The notes under the pieces are model-generated. The model did not search any database, had not been told where the DNA came from, and saw only the letters and a program-made list of their open reading frames with translations. The translations under genes and the position numbers were made by a program. From positions 1 through 64,000 of the forward strand of contig NC_043017.1 in the NCBI RefSeq assembly GCF_006345805.1: a DNA stretch of 64,000 bases, given 5' to 3'. Shown here one piece after another: positions 13,943-26,790 of this stretch. Source of the DNA: Octopus sinensis (taxonomy: Eukaryota). The first letter of the stretch is position 1. Every line of letters starts with the position of its first letter.

Positions 13943-14160
13943 TTTTACTCTTTTCCTTGTTTAGTCATTTCAATGTGCCACTGCTAGAGCACAGCCTTTT
14001 CTAGAGCTAATCGACACTAGGACTTTTATCTACGTCAGTCTAGTATTTATTCTGTTGGTCTTCTTTTCCCGAACGGATAAGTTAATGGAGTGTAAAAAAC
14101 ACCGGCATTGGTTGTCAAGCGGTTTTGGGGACACCGAAACATACACACATATACATATAT
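13943..14160 (-). mobile_element. SINE 3' half, abutted by the CR1 fragment
   Basis: CTTTTACTC tail, GTCATTT and GGTTGTCAAGCGG motifs; ends in the central TA microsatellite. Confidence 0.7.
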
Positions 14161-14210
14161 ATAAATATCTATATGTATATACATGTTTCTCTCTATATAT
14201 ATATATATAT

Positions 14211-15922
14211 TGCAGAAACAATACTGCTGTCTTTAGTGTTCCCACTGATATTGACGTAAGAGAAGCGAACGAAGTTGACTTCCAACACAAAATTGCAGAC
14301 ATAACCTTCACTCCCACTGACATCGTAGCAGCAATAAATGAGGTCAAATACTACTCTGCTGTAGGCCCTGATAGGATTCCCCGTTAGTCTCCTGAAGGAA
14401 TGTAAACACCAACTTGCAGTCCCACTGACCAACCTCTGGAGAAATTCGTTAGATGCAGGTTATATACCAAAACAGTTTCTATCCCAGTCAGTCATCCCGG
14501 TTTTCAAACAGGGAAACAGATCCCTCGCACTCAACTATCGCCCAATCTCACTCACCTCCCACATCATCAAAGTGTTTCAAAGAGTGTTAAGATCAAGGAT
14601 GGCTGACTTCCTGGAGACCCACAAACTCCTAAATGCAAAACAGCATGGCTTTCGCTGTGGCAGGGACTGTCTAACACAGCTCTTACACCACATTGAAGTT
14701 CTACACTGGATCAAGTATTTCCTGGCGAATACAACACAACATGTTGTAGTTGATGGAGTCCACTCAAGCCCAGCAAAAGTCACCACCAGCGGTGACCCCC
14801 AGGGGACTGTCTTGGGTCCGCTACTCTTCATAATCTACATAAACGACCTTTCCAGTGTCGTACATTACTGCAAAGTGAAAATATTTGCTGATGACACCAA
14901 GCTCCAGTAAATCGTCAATGAAGAAGCAGACCGAACTCAACTCCAGTCTGATCTATATGCTGTGAGTCAATGGGCAAACAGAAACAAAATACAACTAAAC
15001 GAGGGGAAATTTGAGCTGATGCATTTTGGAAGAAACTCCTCACTAAAACAGCCATACTCTCTTCCTTCAGGGGAACCGCTCACAGCCTCTAACAATATCA
15101 GAGAACTGGGTGTAATTGTTGATGACCATCACAGTTGGAGTGCACACATCAACAAGAAGGTCGATATAGCTCGTAGGATGAGTTCCTGGATCTTAAGAAC
15201 TTTCCGGTCCAGAGAACAAGGTGTCATCATACCACTTTTTTCCTCCTTTGTACGGCCACACCTTGAATACTGCTGCCCACTGTGGTCTCCTCAAACAAGA
15301 CTAAACATCTCCAGAATTGAGTCACCCCAGAGGGCACTCACTAAACGAATTGAAGGCATGGCTGCTCTCGATTATTGGGATTGCCTTAAAGCCTTGAAAC
15401 TTTACTCCCTCCAGCGTGAGCGGTACATCATTTGTACGATGTGGAAAATATACCGCCAATTATGCCCAAACGACCTAAACATTAGCTTCAAGGTTCATCC
15501 AAGACTTGGACCACGGGCTATACGTCCCCTGCCCAATTCAAGATCACAACATACATGTACACTGCAACATAATTTCTTTTCCTCAAATGGCCCTGCCCTA
15601 TTTAACAGTCCCGAGAGAGATCAAAGAGGAAAAGGATCCCATCAACTTTAAACAGAGTCTGGATAGATTCCTTCAAAGAATACCAGATAAGCCACCCATA
15701 ATTGGATACAAGTCACCCAACAAGAACTCACTACTTGAACAAAACTGGATACAACTCACCCAACAAGAACTCACTACTTGAACAAAACTGGATACAACTC
15801 ACCCAACAAGAACTCACTACTTGAACAAAACTTGACTTAAACAGGATTCGAATAATCCTATCAGGTGGTGCTATTAAGTTAGACATGGCCTGGACCAATC
15901 TTTGGTCGAAACATATCTAAGT
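14211..15922 (+). mobile_element. CR1-type LINE, 5'-truncated, ORF2 RT pseudogene with internal deletion
   Basis: SAVGPD, NYRPISLTSHIIKVF, QHGFR, SGDPQGTVLGPLLFIIYINDL, FADDTK, RPHLEYCCPLWSP. Contains stops, a frameshift near the 3' end and loss of the DFxKAFD segment near 14700. Confidence 0.93.
15704..15832 (+). repeat. 43-bp unit x3 at the end of CR1 ORF2
   Basis: GGATA at 15704, 15747 and 15790; unit CAACTCACCCAACAAGAACTCACTACTTGAACAAAACTGGATA. Confidence 0.95.
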
Positions 15923-16189
15923 TTATATATATCTGATATATCTTTATAAATATATATATATATATATATACCAATCTATCTTCTTCGAGCACATCGTCAG
16001 CAGCAGCACTTATTCTTTCTAAGCCTAGTATTTATTCTAACTTATTCTTTTCTGCCGAGCCGCTGAAATACAGGGAGATGCAGTCGCAGTAGTTAGAATA
16101 TCAGCCCCCTCCACGCCAGTATGAGAATTTCTTTTATCCACTTGTGAAAATTAATACATTGACGACACATGGGAAAAATATGAGCAATA

Positions 16190-17008
16190 TCTGGTCACTA
16201 AAGGTGCAATAAATTGAACTTATTTTGATTTAGTAGTTAGTGATCTCAAATGTGGGTATCTTACAAATGGTCAAAGTGCTTGTTGCATTTGTAAGTGTCG
16301 CACACACACAAACAAATAGAAACACTCAGTCGCTCACACACAGAAATAAAAACACTCTCACACACAAACACTGAAATGAAAATACCCACACTCATATAAA
16401 TAAAAACAGTCCCACACACACAAGGAGCCCCAATAGGTATATCAAAAAAGTTTCTAGTATTTTTCCTAGCCCATAATTTATAATAATTGAAGTTCTTACA
16501 ATAAATAAATACCTACTAAATCAGTACATCGAACATTACGTCCCCGTAACTTATCGGTTCTGCAAAAGAGACCTATACGTTAAGTAATAGGCATACAAAG
16601 AATAATTGCTGGGGTTGATTTGCTTCACTAAAGGCGGTGCTCCACAATGGTCACAGTGAAATAACTGAAACAGTCTAAGGGAGATAACTACAGAGTATCT
16701 TCTACAGTTACTTCCCTTGAATATTATATTTCAACAATAATAAAATATTTTAGGATATTAACTCTCGGAAGGGAGATAACTAGATAACATCTTCCAGAGT
16801 TACTTTCCTTACATATAATTATATTACTTTTAATAAATTATAATGAGCAAGAGGAAGTAACTTTCGAATATATTATTCAGACATGACATAGATTTTACGA
16901 TTTTTTGGAGTTTAACTGCTCTCTCTAGTGAGTCGGATGTCCCATTACGGCCATCCCATATATGTTTAAATATCTATACGTATATACATATATCTGTCAA
17001 TATATACC

Positions 17009-17077
<69 letters not shown>

Positions 17078-18700
17078 CTATCTATATACAACGGGCTACT
17101 TTCTGTTTCGGTGTACCAAATCTACTCAGAAACGTTGGTCTGTCCGTGGCTATATTGGAAGACACTTGCCCATGGGGCCACGTAGTTGGACTGAACCAGA
17201 AACACCGTGTTTGGAAAGCAAGCTACGTAGCCACTCTTACTGCTACATTATATATATATAAATATATATATTATATATATACATATATATACATACGACA
17301 GTCTTCTTTTAGTTTCCGTCTCCCAAATCCACTCACAAGGCTTTGGTCGGCCCGAGACTATAGTAGAAGACATTTGCCCAACATGCCACCCAGTGGGACT
17401 GAACTCGAAAACATTTGTTAGGTAAGCAAGCTAATTCTCATTCAGACACTACTGTTTGTTAACCGGACAAGTTCAAGGCGAGACCTAATTGTTGGTCTGT
17501 CCGAGGCTATATTGGAAGACACTTGCCCATGGGGCCACGTAGTTGGACAGAACCAGAAACACCGTGTTTGGAAAGCAACCTACGTAGCCACTTTTACTGC
17601 TACATATACATGTATATATATATATATATACATATATATACATACGACATTCTTCTTTTAGTTTCCGTCTCCCAAATCCACTCACAAGGCTTTGGTCGGC
17701 CAGAGACTATAGTAGAAGACATTTGCCCAACATGCCACCCAGTGGGACTGAACTCGAAAACATTTGTTAGGTAAGCAAGCTAATTCCCATTCAGACACTA
17801 CTGTTTGTTAACCGGACAAGTTCAAGGCGAGACCTAATTGTTTGTATGCAAATGAGTTCATTAATGTGATCCGGAACTTTCACGGCTGGTTCTTATGAGA
17901 CAATGCAACCAGCTTGGGTATAGGTGGACTGTGCTCACACACGCACAAACACTCACACGTCCACACCCACGAATATAGATACATGCAAAGACGCAATCTC
18001 GTACCTATTTATGTTTTAAATATGTTGACCTTAAAACTGAGACATTCTGGAAACAGACGTCCGCACTCATGCACATAGATACATGCATATACGCAAACTC
18101 GTAGCTATTTATGTTTAAAATGTTGACCTTTAAACCGTGACATTCTGTGTCTGTTTGTGCGCGCATTTCTGTGAGAATGATTGCTCACGAACCGCAATGT
18201 GCTGAGTTCAAACCAACAGCGTTGCACCTTCGGCAAGTGTATTCGACTATAGCCTAGGGCCGACCAATGTATTCTGAGTGGAGTTTGTAGAGGGAAACTG
18301 AAAGAAGCCGTCGTATACATGAATATCGACGTGTGAATGGCTATGTTCTAAGTAGTTTGCTTACGAACCACATGGTTTCGGGTTCATTCCCACTGCCTGT
18401 CCTCTTCTGCAATTGCCCAGGGCCTAGCTAATCCTTGTGATGGGATTTAGTGGAAGAAAACTGACAGAATCTCGTCGTACATATGTTTAAATGTGTGTGT
18501 GTGTGTGTGTGTGTGTTTGTTTGCACTCGAAGGGCACACGAGAATGCACGGACGCACGTACTATCACACATACAGATGCAAGTTTTCTTAATAAAACGGA
18601 AAGAACTCCCATTCCATCCCTTACAGTTTCTTTTTTGTTTTAGATACTACATATACGTGTGTTGGTATATTCACATATATCTGTATGTGTATATATATAA

Positions 18701-18735
<35 letters not shown>

Positions 18736-21673
18736 CGACGCAATATACGACATATAAATACACAAACACATACATATGTGTGTGTGTGTGTGTGTGCGTG
18801 TATATATATAAATGTGCAATAATTGATTTAGTATTTAGTGATCTCAAATGTAGGTATCTTACAAATGGTCAAAGTGTTTGTTGTAGTTGTAAGTGTCGCA
18901 CACACACAAACAAATAGAAACACTCAGTCGCTCACACACTCGCGCACGCAGAAATAAAAACACTCTCACACACAAACACTGAAATGAAAATACCCACACT
19001 CATATAAATAAAAACAGTCCCACACACACAGGGAGCCCCAATAGGTATATCAAAAAAGTTTCTAGTATTTTTCCTAGCCCATAATTTATGATAATTGAAA
19101 TTCTTACAATGAATAAATACCTACTAAATCAGTATATCGAACATTACGTCCCCGTAACTTATCGGTTCTGCAAAAGAGACCTATACATTAAGTAATAGGC
19201 ATACAAAGAATAATTCCTGGGGTTGATTTGCTTCACTAAAGGCAGTGCTCCACAATGGTCACAGTGAAATAACTGAAACAGTCTAAGGGAGATAATTACA
19301 AAGTATCTTCTACAGTTACTTCCCTTGAATATTATAATTTAACAATAAAAAATATGAAGGGAGATTAACTCGCGGAAGGGAGATAACTACATAACATCTT
19401 CCAGAGTTACTTTCCTTACATACAATTATATTACTTTTAATAAATTATAATGAGCAAGAGGAAGTAACTTTCGAATATATTATTCAGACATGGCAATATA
19501 TATATATATACAGATACATATATATATATATATATATATACACACACCTATCTATATACCACGGGCTACTTTCTGTTTCGGTGTACCAAATCTACTCAGA
19601 AACGTTGGTCTGTCCGAGGCTATATTGGAAGACACTTGCCCATGGGGCCACATAGTTGGACAGAACCAGAAACACCGTGTTTGGAAAGCAAGCTACATAG
19701 CCACTCTTACTGCTACATATATATATATATATATATATATACATACGACAGTCTTCTTTTAGTTTCCGTCTCCCAAATCCACTCACAAGGCTTTGATCGT
19801 CCCGAGACTATAGTAGAAGACATTTGCCCAACATGCCACCCAGTGGGACTGAACACGGAAACATTTGTTAGGTAAGCAAGCTAATTCCCATTCAGACACT
19901 ACTGTTTGTTAACCGGACAAGTTCAAGGCGAGACCTAATTGTTTGTATGCAAATGAGTTCATTAATGTGGTCCGGAACTTTCATGGCTGGTTCTTATGAG
20001 ACAATGCAACCAGCTTGGGTATAGGTGGACTGTGCTCACACACGCACAAACTCTCACACGTCCACACCCACGAATATAGATACATGCAAAGACGCAATCT
20101 CGTACCTATTTATGTTTTAAATATGTTGACCTTAAAACTGAGACATTCTGGAAACACACGTCCGCACCCAGGCACAAAGATACATCCATATACGCAAACT
20201 CGTAGCTATTTATGTTTTAAACATGTTGACCTTTAAACCGTGACATTCTGTGTCTGTTTGTGCGCGCATTTCAGCGAGAATGATTGCTCACGAACCGCAA
20301 TGTGCTGAGTTCAAACCAACAGCGTTGCACCTTTAGCAAGTGTATTCGACTATAGCCTAGGGCCGACCAATGTTTTCTGAGTGGAGTTTGTAGAGGGAAA
20401 CTGAAATAGCCGTCGTATACATGAATATCGACGTATGAATGGCTATGTTGTAAGTAGTTTGCTTACGAACCACATGGTTTCGGGTTCATTCCGACTGCCT
20501 GTCATCTTCTGCAATTGTCTACTATTGTAGCCCAGGGCCTAGCTAATCCTTGTGATGGGATTTAGTGGAACAAAACTGACAGAATCTCGTCGTACATATA
20601 TTTAAATGTGGTGTGTGTGTGTGTGTGTGTGTTTGCACTCGAAGGGCACACGAGAATGCACGCACGCACGTACTATCACACATACAGATGCAAGTTTTCT
20701 TAATAAAACGGAAATAACTCCCATTCCATCCCTTACAGTTTCTTTTTTTTTTAGATACTACATATACGGTGTGTATATATAATATATATAAATATATATA
20801 TATACGACGCAATATACGACATATAAATACACAAACACATACATGTGTTGTGTGTGTGTGTGTGGTGTATATATATAAATGTGCAATAAATTAAACTTAT
20901 TTTGATTTAGTATTTAGTGATCTCAAATGTGGGTATCTTACAAATGGTCAAAGTGTTTGTTGTAGTTGTAAGTGTCGCACACACACAAACAAATAGAAAC
21001 ACTCAGTCGCTCACACACTCGCGCATGCAGAAATAAAAACACTCTCACACACAAACACTGAAATTAAAATACCCACACTCACATAAATAAAAACAGTCCA
21101 CACACACAAGGAGCCCCAATAGGTATATCAAAAAAGTTTCTAGTTTTTCCTAGCCCATAATTTATGATAATTGAAATTCTTACAATAAATAAATACCTAC
21201 TAAATCAGTATATCGAACATTACGTCCCCGTAACTTATCGGTTCTGCAAAAGAGACCTATGCATTAAGTAATAGGCATACAAAGAATAATTCCTGGGGTT
21301 GATTTGCTTCACTAAAGGCGGTGCTCCACCATGGTCACAGTGAAATAACTGAAATAGTCTAAGAGCGACAAAGTGTATATTACGATAACTACATACTTAA
21401 GGGAGATAACTACAAAGTATCTTCTACAGTTACTTCTCTTGAATATTATAAATTAACATAAAAAAATATGAAGGGAAATTAACTCTCGGAAGGGAGATAA
21501 CTAGATAACATCTTCCAGAGTTACTTTCCTTACATATAATTATATTACTTTTAATAAATTATAATGAGCAAGATAACTGCTCTCTCTAGTGAGTCGGATG
21601 TCCCATTATGGCCATCCCATATATGTTTAAATATCTATATGTATATACATATATCTATCAATATATACCTATG

Positions 21674-21748
<75 letters not shown>

Positions 21749-21815
21749 TTTATTTTAAGCAGCAGAAAATTCAGTACTCTTTTTTCCACCTTGTTTCACA
21801 TTTATGTGTTTACTC

Positions 21816-21870
<55 letters not shown>

Positions 21871-22037
21871 ATCTATATACCACGGGCTACTTTCTGTTTC
21901 GGTGTACAAAATCTACTCAGAAACGTTGGTCTGTCTGAGGCTATATTGGAAGACACTTGCCCATGGGGCCACGCAGTTGGACTGAACCAGAAACACCGTG
22001 TTTGGAAAGCAAGCTACATAGCCACTCTTACTGCTAC

Positions 22038-22068
<31 letters not shown>

Positions 22069-22610
22069 CGACAGTCTTTTTTTAGTTTCCGTCTCCCAAA
22101 TCCACTCACAAGGCTTTGGTCGTCCCGAGACTATAGTAGAAGACATTTGCCCAACATGCCACCCAGTGGGACTGAACTCGGAAACATTTGTTAGGTAAGC
22201 AAGCTAATTCCCATTCAGACACTACTGTTTGTTAACCGGACAAGTTCAAGTCGAGCCCTAATTGTTTGTATGCAAATGCGTTCATTAATGTGGTCCGGAA
22301 CTTTCACGGCTGTTTCTTATGAGACGATGCAACCAGCTTGGGTATAGGTGGACTGTGCTCACACACGCACAAACACTCACACGTCCACACCCACGAATAT
22401 AGATACATGCAAAGACGCAATCTCGTACCTATTTATGTTTTAAATATGTTGACTTTAAAACTGAGACATTCTGAAAACACGTCCGCACTCATGCACATAG
22501 ATACATGCATATACGCAAACTCGTAGCTATTTATGTTTTAAACATGTTGACCTTTAAACCATGACATTCTGTGTCTGTTTGTGCACGCATTTCTGTGAGA
22601 ATGATTGATC
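16190..22610. repeat. ~2.1-kb tandem macro-repeat (about 2.8 units) built from SINE halves, TA/CA microsatellites and the dyad block
   Basis: Landmark TCTTACAAT at 16494, 19102 and 21178 (also 9611); GAATCTCGTCGTAC at 18467 and 20582. The first unit carries an extra 357-bp internal duplication. Confidence 0.92.
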
Positions 22611-22714
22611 ACGAACCGTAAATTTTGGAGTCAATCCGACGGGATGTAGTGGTCTTTAAACCGTTCCAGACAAACAAACAAACAAACTTTTCGCATTTCA
22701 GTTTTATAAATAGA
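22600..22714 (-). mobile_element. Helitron-like non-autonomous 5' terminus
   Basis: Minus strand reads A^TCTATTTATAAAACTGAAATGCGAAAAG(TTTG)n. It shares TC..TATAAAACTG with the element starting at 41451. Confidence 0.6.
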
Positions 22715-22717
22715 TAA

Positions 22718-22760
<43 letters not shown>

Positions 22761-22763
22761 TGC

Positions 22764-23182
22764 TAGGCGTAGGAGCGGCTTTGTGATAAGTAGCTTGCTT
22801 ACGAACCACTGTGTTCTGGGTTCAGTCCCACTGCGTGGAACCTTGGACAAGTGTCTTCAACTCTAGCCTCGGGGTGACCAAAGCCTTGTGAATAGATTTC
22901 GTAGACGGAAACTAAATGAAGCCCATCGTGTGTGTATACATATATATATATTATATACATATATAATACATACATATAATATATATATATCATATTACGT
23001 TTGTATGCCTCTTTATCCATCGAACAGTGCTTGACAAACGATGCTGCTGTTTTCACGCACCCGTAACTGAACGGTTCGGCAAAAGAGAATAGGTCCTGGG
23101 CTCTATTTCTTTGACTGAAGGCGGTGCTCCAACATGGCCGCAGTCAAATAACTGAAAGTAGCAAAAGTGAGTGAAAGAGTAA
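22764..23182 (+). mobile_element. tRNA-derived SINE, full length, diverged
   Basis: TAGGCGTAGGAGCGGC head, GGTTCAGTCCC B-box, CTTGGACAAGTGTCTT, GAAGGCGGTGCTCCAACATGGCCGCAGTC, tail AAAAGTGAGTGAAAGAGTA. Confidence 0.9.
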
Positions 23183-23291
23183 TTAGCGAAAACAGTGTAT
23201 ATTCTGTTGTGTCTGGGGATAGTCTTTCTCTTTTAGTGCCTTATTATTAAATACACATTCACCAGTAAAAATTCAAGGAGTGATATTAGTA

Positions 23292-23735
23292 GAGGCCAGA
23301 GCCCATGGAGAACTAGCCCGTAGATTTAGAAAAGCTCTGAAAGAGACCAAACTCAACATTAAAATTGTTGAAAAGCCAAGGAACTCCGTCAGGTCACAAT
23401 TATGAAGGACATGCCCGTTTAAGAATACCATATGCACAATTGATAACTGCATGGCATGTAGAATTAGCCCTGGTATTAACTGTAGAACTCGAAATGTAGT
23501 TTACAATATAAGATGCATAGAAGGTGCTTGTAAGGACATGAACATGATGTACATAGAAGAGACGTCTAAGAGCATTGCGGAACGGATAAATGAACATTTA
23601 AGACAACTTGACGACAGAAAACAGTCTTCTATACTCTACCAACATGCCAAAGACCACCATGGAGATAACTTGGATCAACCTGACATCCGCATCTTATCCA
23701 AGCACCCAGCCCCCATCCCTGCTTTTCAATGCTAA
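23292..23735 (+). pseudogene. Penelope-like GIY-YIG endonuclease fragment
   Basis: One frame reads GELARRF..IKIVEK..*..CTIDNCMAC...CRTRNVVYNIRC...YIEETSKSIAERINEH: Cys linker plus VVY/YIG/R/EH GIY-YIG pattern, with one stop. Confidence 0.85.
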
Positions 23736-23952
23736 ACCCGATATAAAACAGTCATCAACACTATAAATAAACCTGTTCAATCTCTACTCTCCTCATCACC
23801 CCAAATCCCAACCTCTAGTTCAAACTTTGATCTCTTACTTGACTATTCTCTCTAAAAACCCTTCACAAATCCTCAAGCTGACCCTAATATAGACTAAACT
23901 CTGAAAACCAATCCTAACAGTAAACCCACACAAAATAAGAAAGACCACTTAC

Positions 23953-23969
23953 CTTTGGCCATTTGGGAT
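23953..23969 (-). CDS. Candidate micro-exon (DPKWPK) of the minus-strand gene
   Basis: ttgtattatag|ATCCCAAATGGCCAAAG|gtaagt, with a consensus donor; phase 1 in and phase 0 out. Prediction only. Confidence 0.3.
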
Positions 23970-24609
23970 CTATAATACAAGGCATGATATGCAAACAACA
24001 AGCAAAATATCAACCAACATTTGAAAGTCAAGTTTTATCTGTGTCGAATCATGATATACACTTGTTTAATAAATACAGTTGTCCTTACATTTACACAGTA
24101 CATTGCTTCCACAAGTCATCAAACTAATCATTCTGATGCGAAATCAATTGTTTTTATTTATAAATAGAAACAAATTAATTATTGAAATTAAATAAGAAAT
24201 ACAATTAACGTGTATGTGTGTCATCATCATTTAACATTCGTTTTCATGTTGTCATGGGTTGGACTATTTCACACTATCTGAGATGAATTACTACACGTAC
24301 ATCTAATGTCTGTTTTCACATGGTTTCTATGTCTGAGAAAAGTTTTGGTAACACTGACACTAGTAAAATAAAAAGTAAATTTCAAGGATGAGTGGACTGC
24401 TAGTAGTGAGAGAGGTGGCTTCATCCTAACCTGTAGTATGATAGAGAGACAGGCAGAGGTGTGTCGCTGTAGAGAAAGTACATGGCTACCCTGCATATAT
24501 GTATGTATATAGGTAGACATCGATTAGAGCGCTTTCTCATTGCTAATATGTTAACATATGCCTGATGTGTGCTTTAAAAATAAAGTGCTTGCACTGGCAC
24601 TAATTTCTT

Positions 24610-24788
24610 CAGATGATGAAAATCACGGAGAGGATCATAGCCCAACTTATTAGGAAAAGACTTAATCTAGATGAGATGCAATTTGGTTTTGTATCAGGAA
24701 GAAACACCAGTCATGATATATTCTGGTAAGAAACCCAGGAGAAGTACCTAACCAAGTATAAACCTATGTACTTGACTTTTGTTGGTAT
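24610..24788 (+). pseudogene. RTE-clade RT fragment (5' part of an interrupted copy)
   Basis: MKITERIIAQLIRKRLNLDEMQFGFVSGRNT...EKYL...PMYLTFV. Confidence 0.8.
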
Positions 24789-24859
24789 CAATCATTCAGG
24801 TAATAACAGATAAATATAATACAGGCAGACCCTAGCAACTCCTCTATGCTGATTACAGG

Positions 24860-26790
24860 ATTACAACTAAACACACATATATTACAATTTATTACATTAC
24901 ATTCAATTCGCCATATATTATTCATTTTATTATCCATCATCTTTCCCTTCACATTTCAGGTATACTGAAGACCCTTTACTCATTGCTTCAGACTGCGTAA
25001 AAATTGGTGAAAGCAAACAGTTGTCAGACTTATTTATGACAAAAAAGCGAGTCAGTATGACCAACGTACCCTGTCCTGCACCTGATTGTGCCATGAGTTG
25101 GCCTGTAAACAATCCATGGGAGAGAGTACTGACAAGCCTCATCGATCATCTGCAACAATGACACAGAATGTATGCACCTGCCACCTACAACAAATACAAC
25201 CCCCTCCTCCAACTACACTACCATTCCCAGCCACTGAGGAAAAACGTTGTCGCCTGAGGAAGTAGCTGCTACAATACTACAGCTCCAGCACATTCAACGT
25301 CTGCAACCATCGGCAATTCTCCAAGATGTCTGACCAACCGATCCGCTTAATGCTAAACCAGTCGCCCACCATACGCCCATACCAGTCCTGGTTCATTGGC
25401 AAGAGGAAGTAAAAGCAGGTCTCGCGACCGGAATGTTCCACTTGAAGTTATCAAGCCTATTCCCATTGGTACATCTGTCAATTGGTGACAGACAATGGTG
25501 GTATGTCCTAACAGGTCTGGAAAACCATCTTAAAGGAGCATCAAATGGCGCACAGGCACTTAACACTGCCCTATCAGCTATGAGCTGACATTGTACCTTC
25601 TTCCACAATTGGGAGAATCACCGCCATTGCATTTCCCCATGACAACTGCCGCGCCAAAGTCGGTATTGAGACAATAAAGGGCCTCGTTACAGACAACACT
25701 GACACCAATGGCTTCCTTAACACTGACAGTTTCCAGTGCACAATGCTACAATAAAGAAATACACCTGACTGGGACACACACTTGTCCCCAGCCATGTGCA
25801 TCTTTGGCAGCCCTATACAATACTTTATTCCCATCCATCCCGGCAAGTACAAGCTACATTCCACATGGCATGAAACTATGACTTATTGAAAAGAAGACCT
25901 GCGTAAACACAACATGAGTGCTACTGAACGGTTGTCAAAACACACATGCTCACTTCTTTCGAACTATGTCCTAATCCAGAGCCAAGTTTGACCCAATCCT
26001 ACAAATGGGGGGAAAACTGGTGCCATTTAGATGTACGTCATTTTCTCTGTACATGTTGAGAGTGGATGGATCAGGCCAGTCACACTGTGCAACAAAATTC
26101 CTCTGGAAGTATATACTGCTTCTTCCCCACGCCCCACTGCTCATGGTGTCTGGACCACATGCGTTCCCTACGCCAACACCAGTGATGAGACTACCTTCTC
26201 AACCGACTTTAACAGCACCTCATGCAGCTGCAACACCAATGCCCACTTCCCGACTCCCAAATCACCATGACCAGAAAAGCATCTCACCGCCTACCCACAG
26301 AGCCACGCCAACTTACCCCACCTTTACCACAAGTGGTCATACCCCAACACCCCTTGAAACCCCTGCTTTCCAAAAGTGACCCTTGCCTGATGCAGTTTAT
26401 CCCCCATCCAGCAATTGTCCTGTTAGTCGCTCTGCCAGACTCGCAAAGACTGACACAAAAGCCTGATGCACAACTGACACGTTGCTCCTTGATCGTCACA
26501 CCGTCAATATTGATTAAGGGTCTCTTGCACTAATTATTATTTTCGTTAATCATTTAATACATATTATTAGTCTTCTTTGCTTCTCTCAAAGGAATTGGGG
26601 AGGGCATAGAGGATGACAACTGAACACTCATATATTATCATTTATTACATTACATTCAATTAGCCATACATTATTCGTTTCATTATTCAAATATTTTCCT
26701 TCACGTTTCGTATACCGAGGACCTTCTTTTCATTGCTTCAATCAGTGTACATAAAGTGTTTGTGAAAGCAAAGAGTTTTCACACTTATTT
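24860..26790 (+). mobile_element. Decayed, internally deleted Ty3/Gypsy LTR retrotransposon
   Basis: Diverged direct repeats at ~24860-25036 and ~26612-26790, and a purine tract GGAATTGGGGAGGG at ~26590. RT-like VHWQEEVKAG scrap at ~25390; integrase-like FPH..RA.VG...RNTPD..T.LSPA..IFG scrap at ~25630-25830. Confidence 0.75.
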
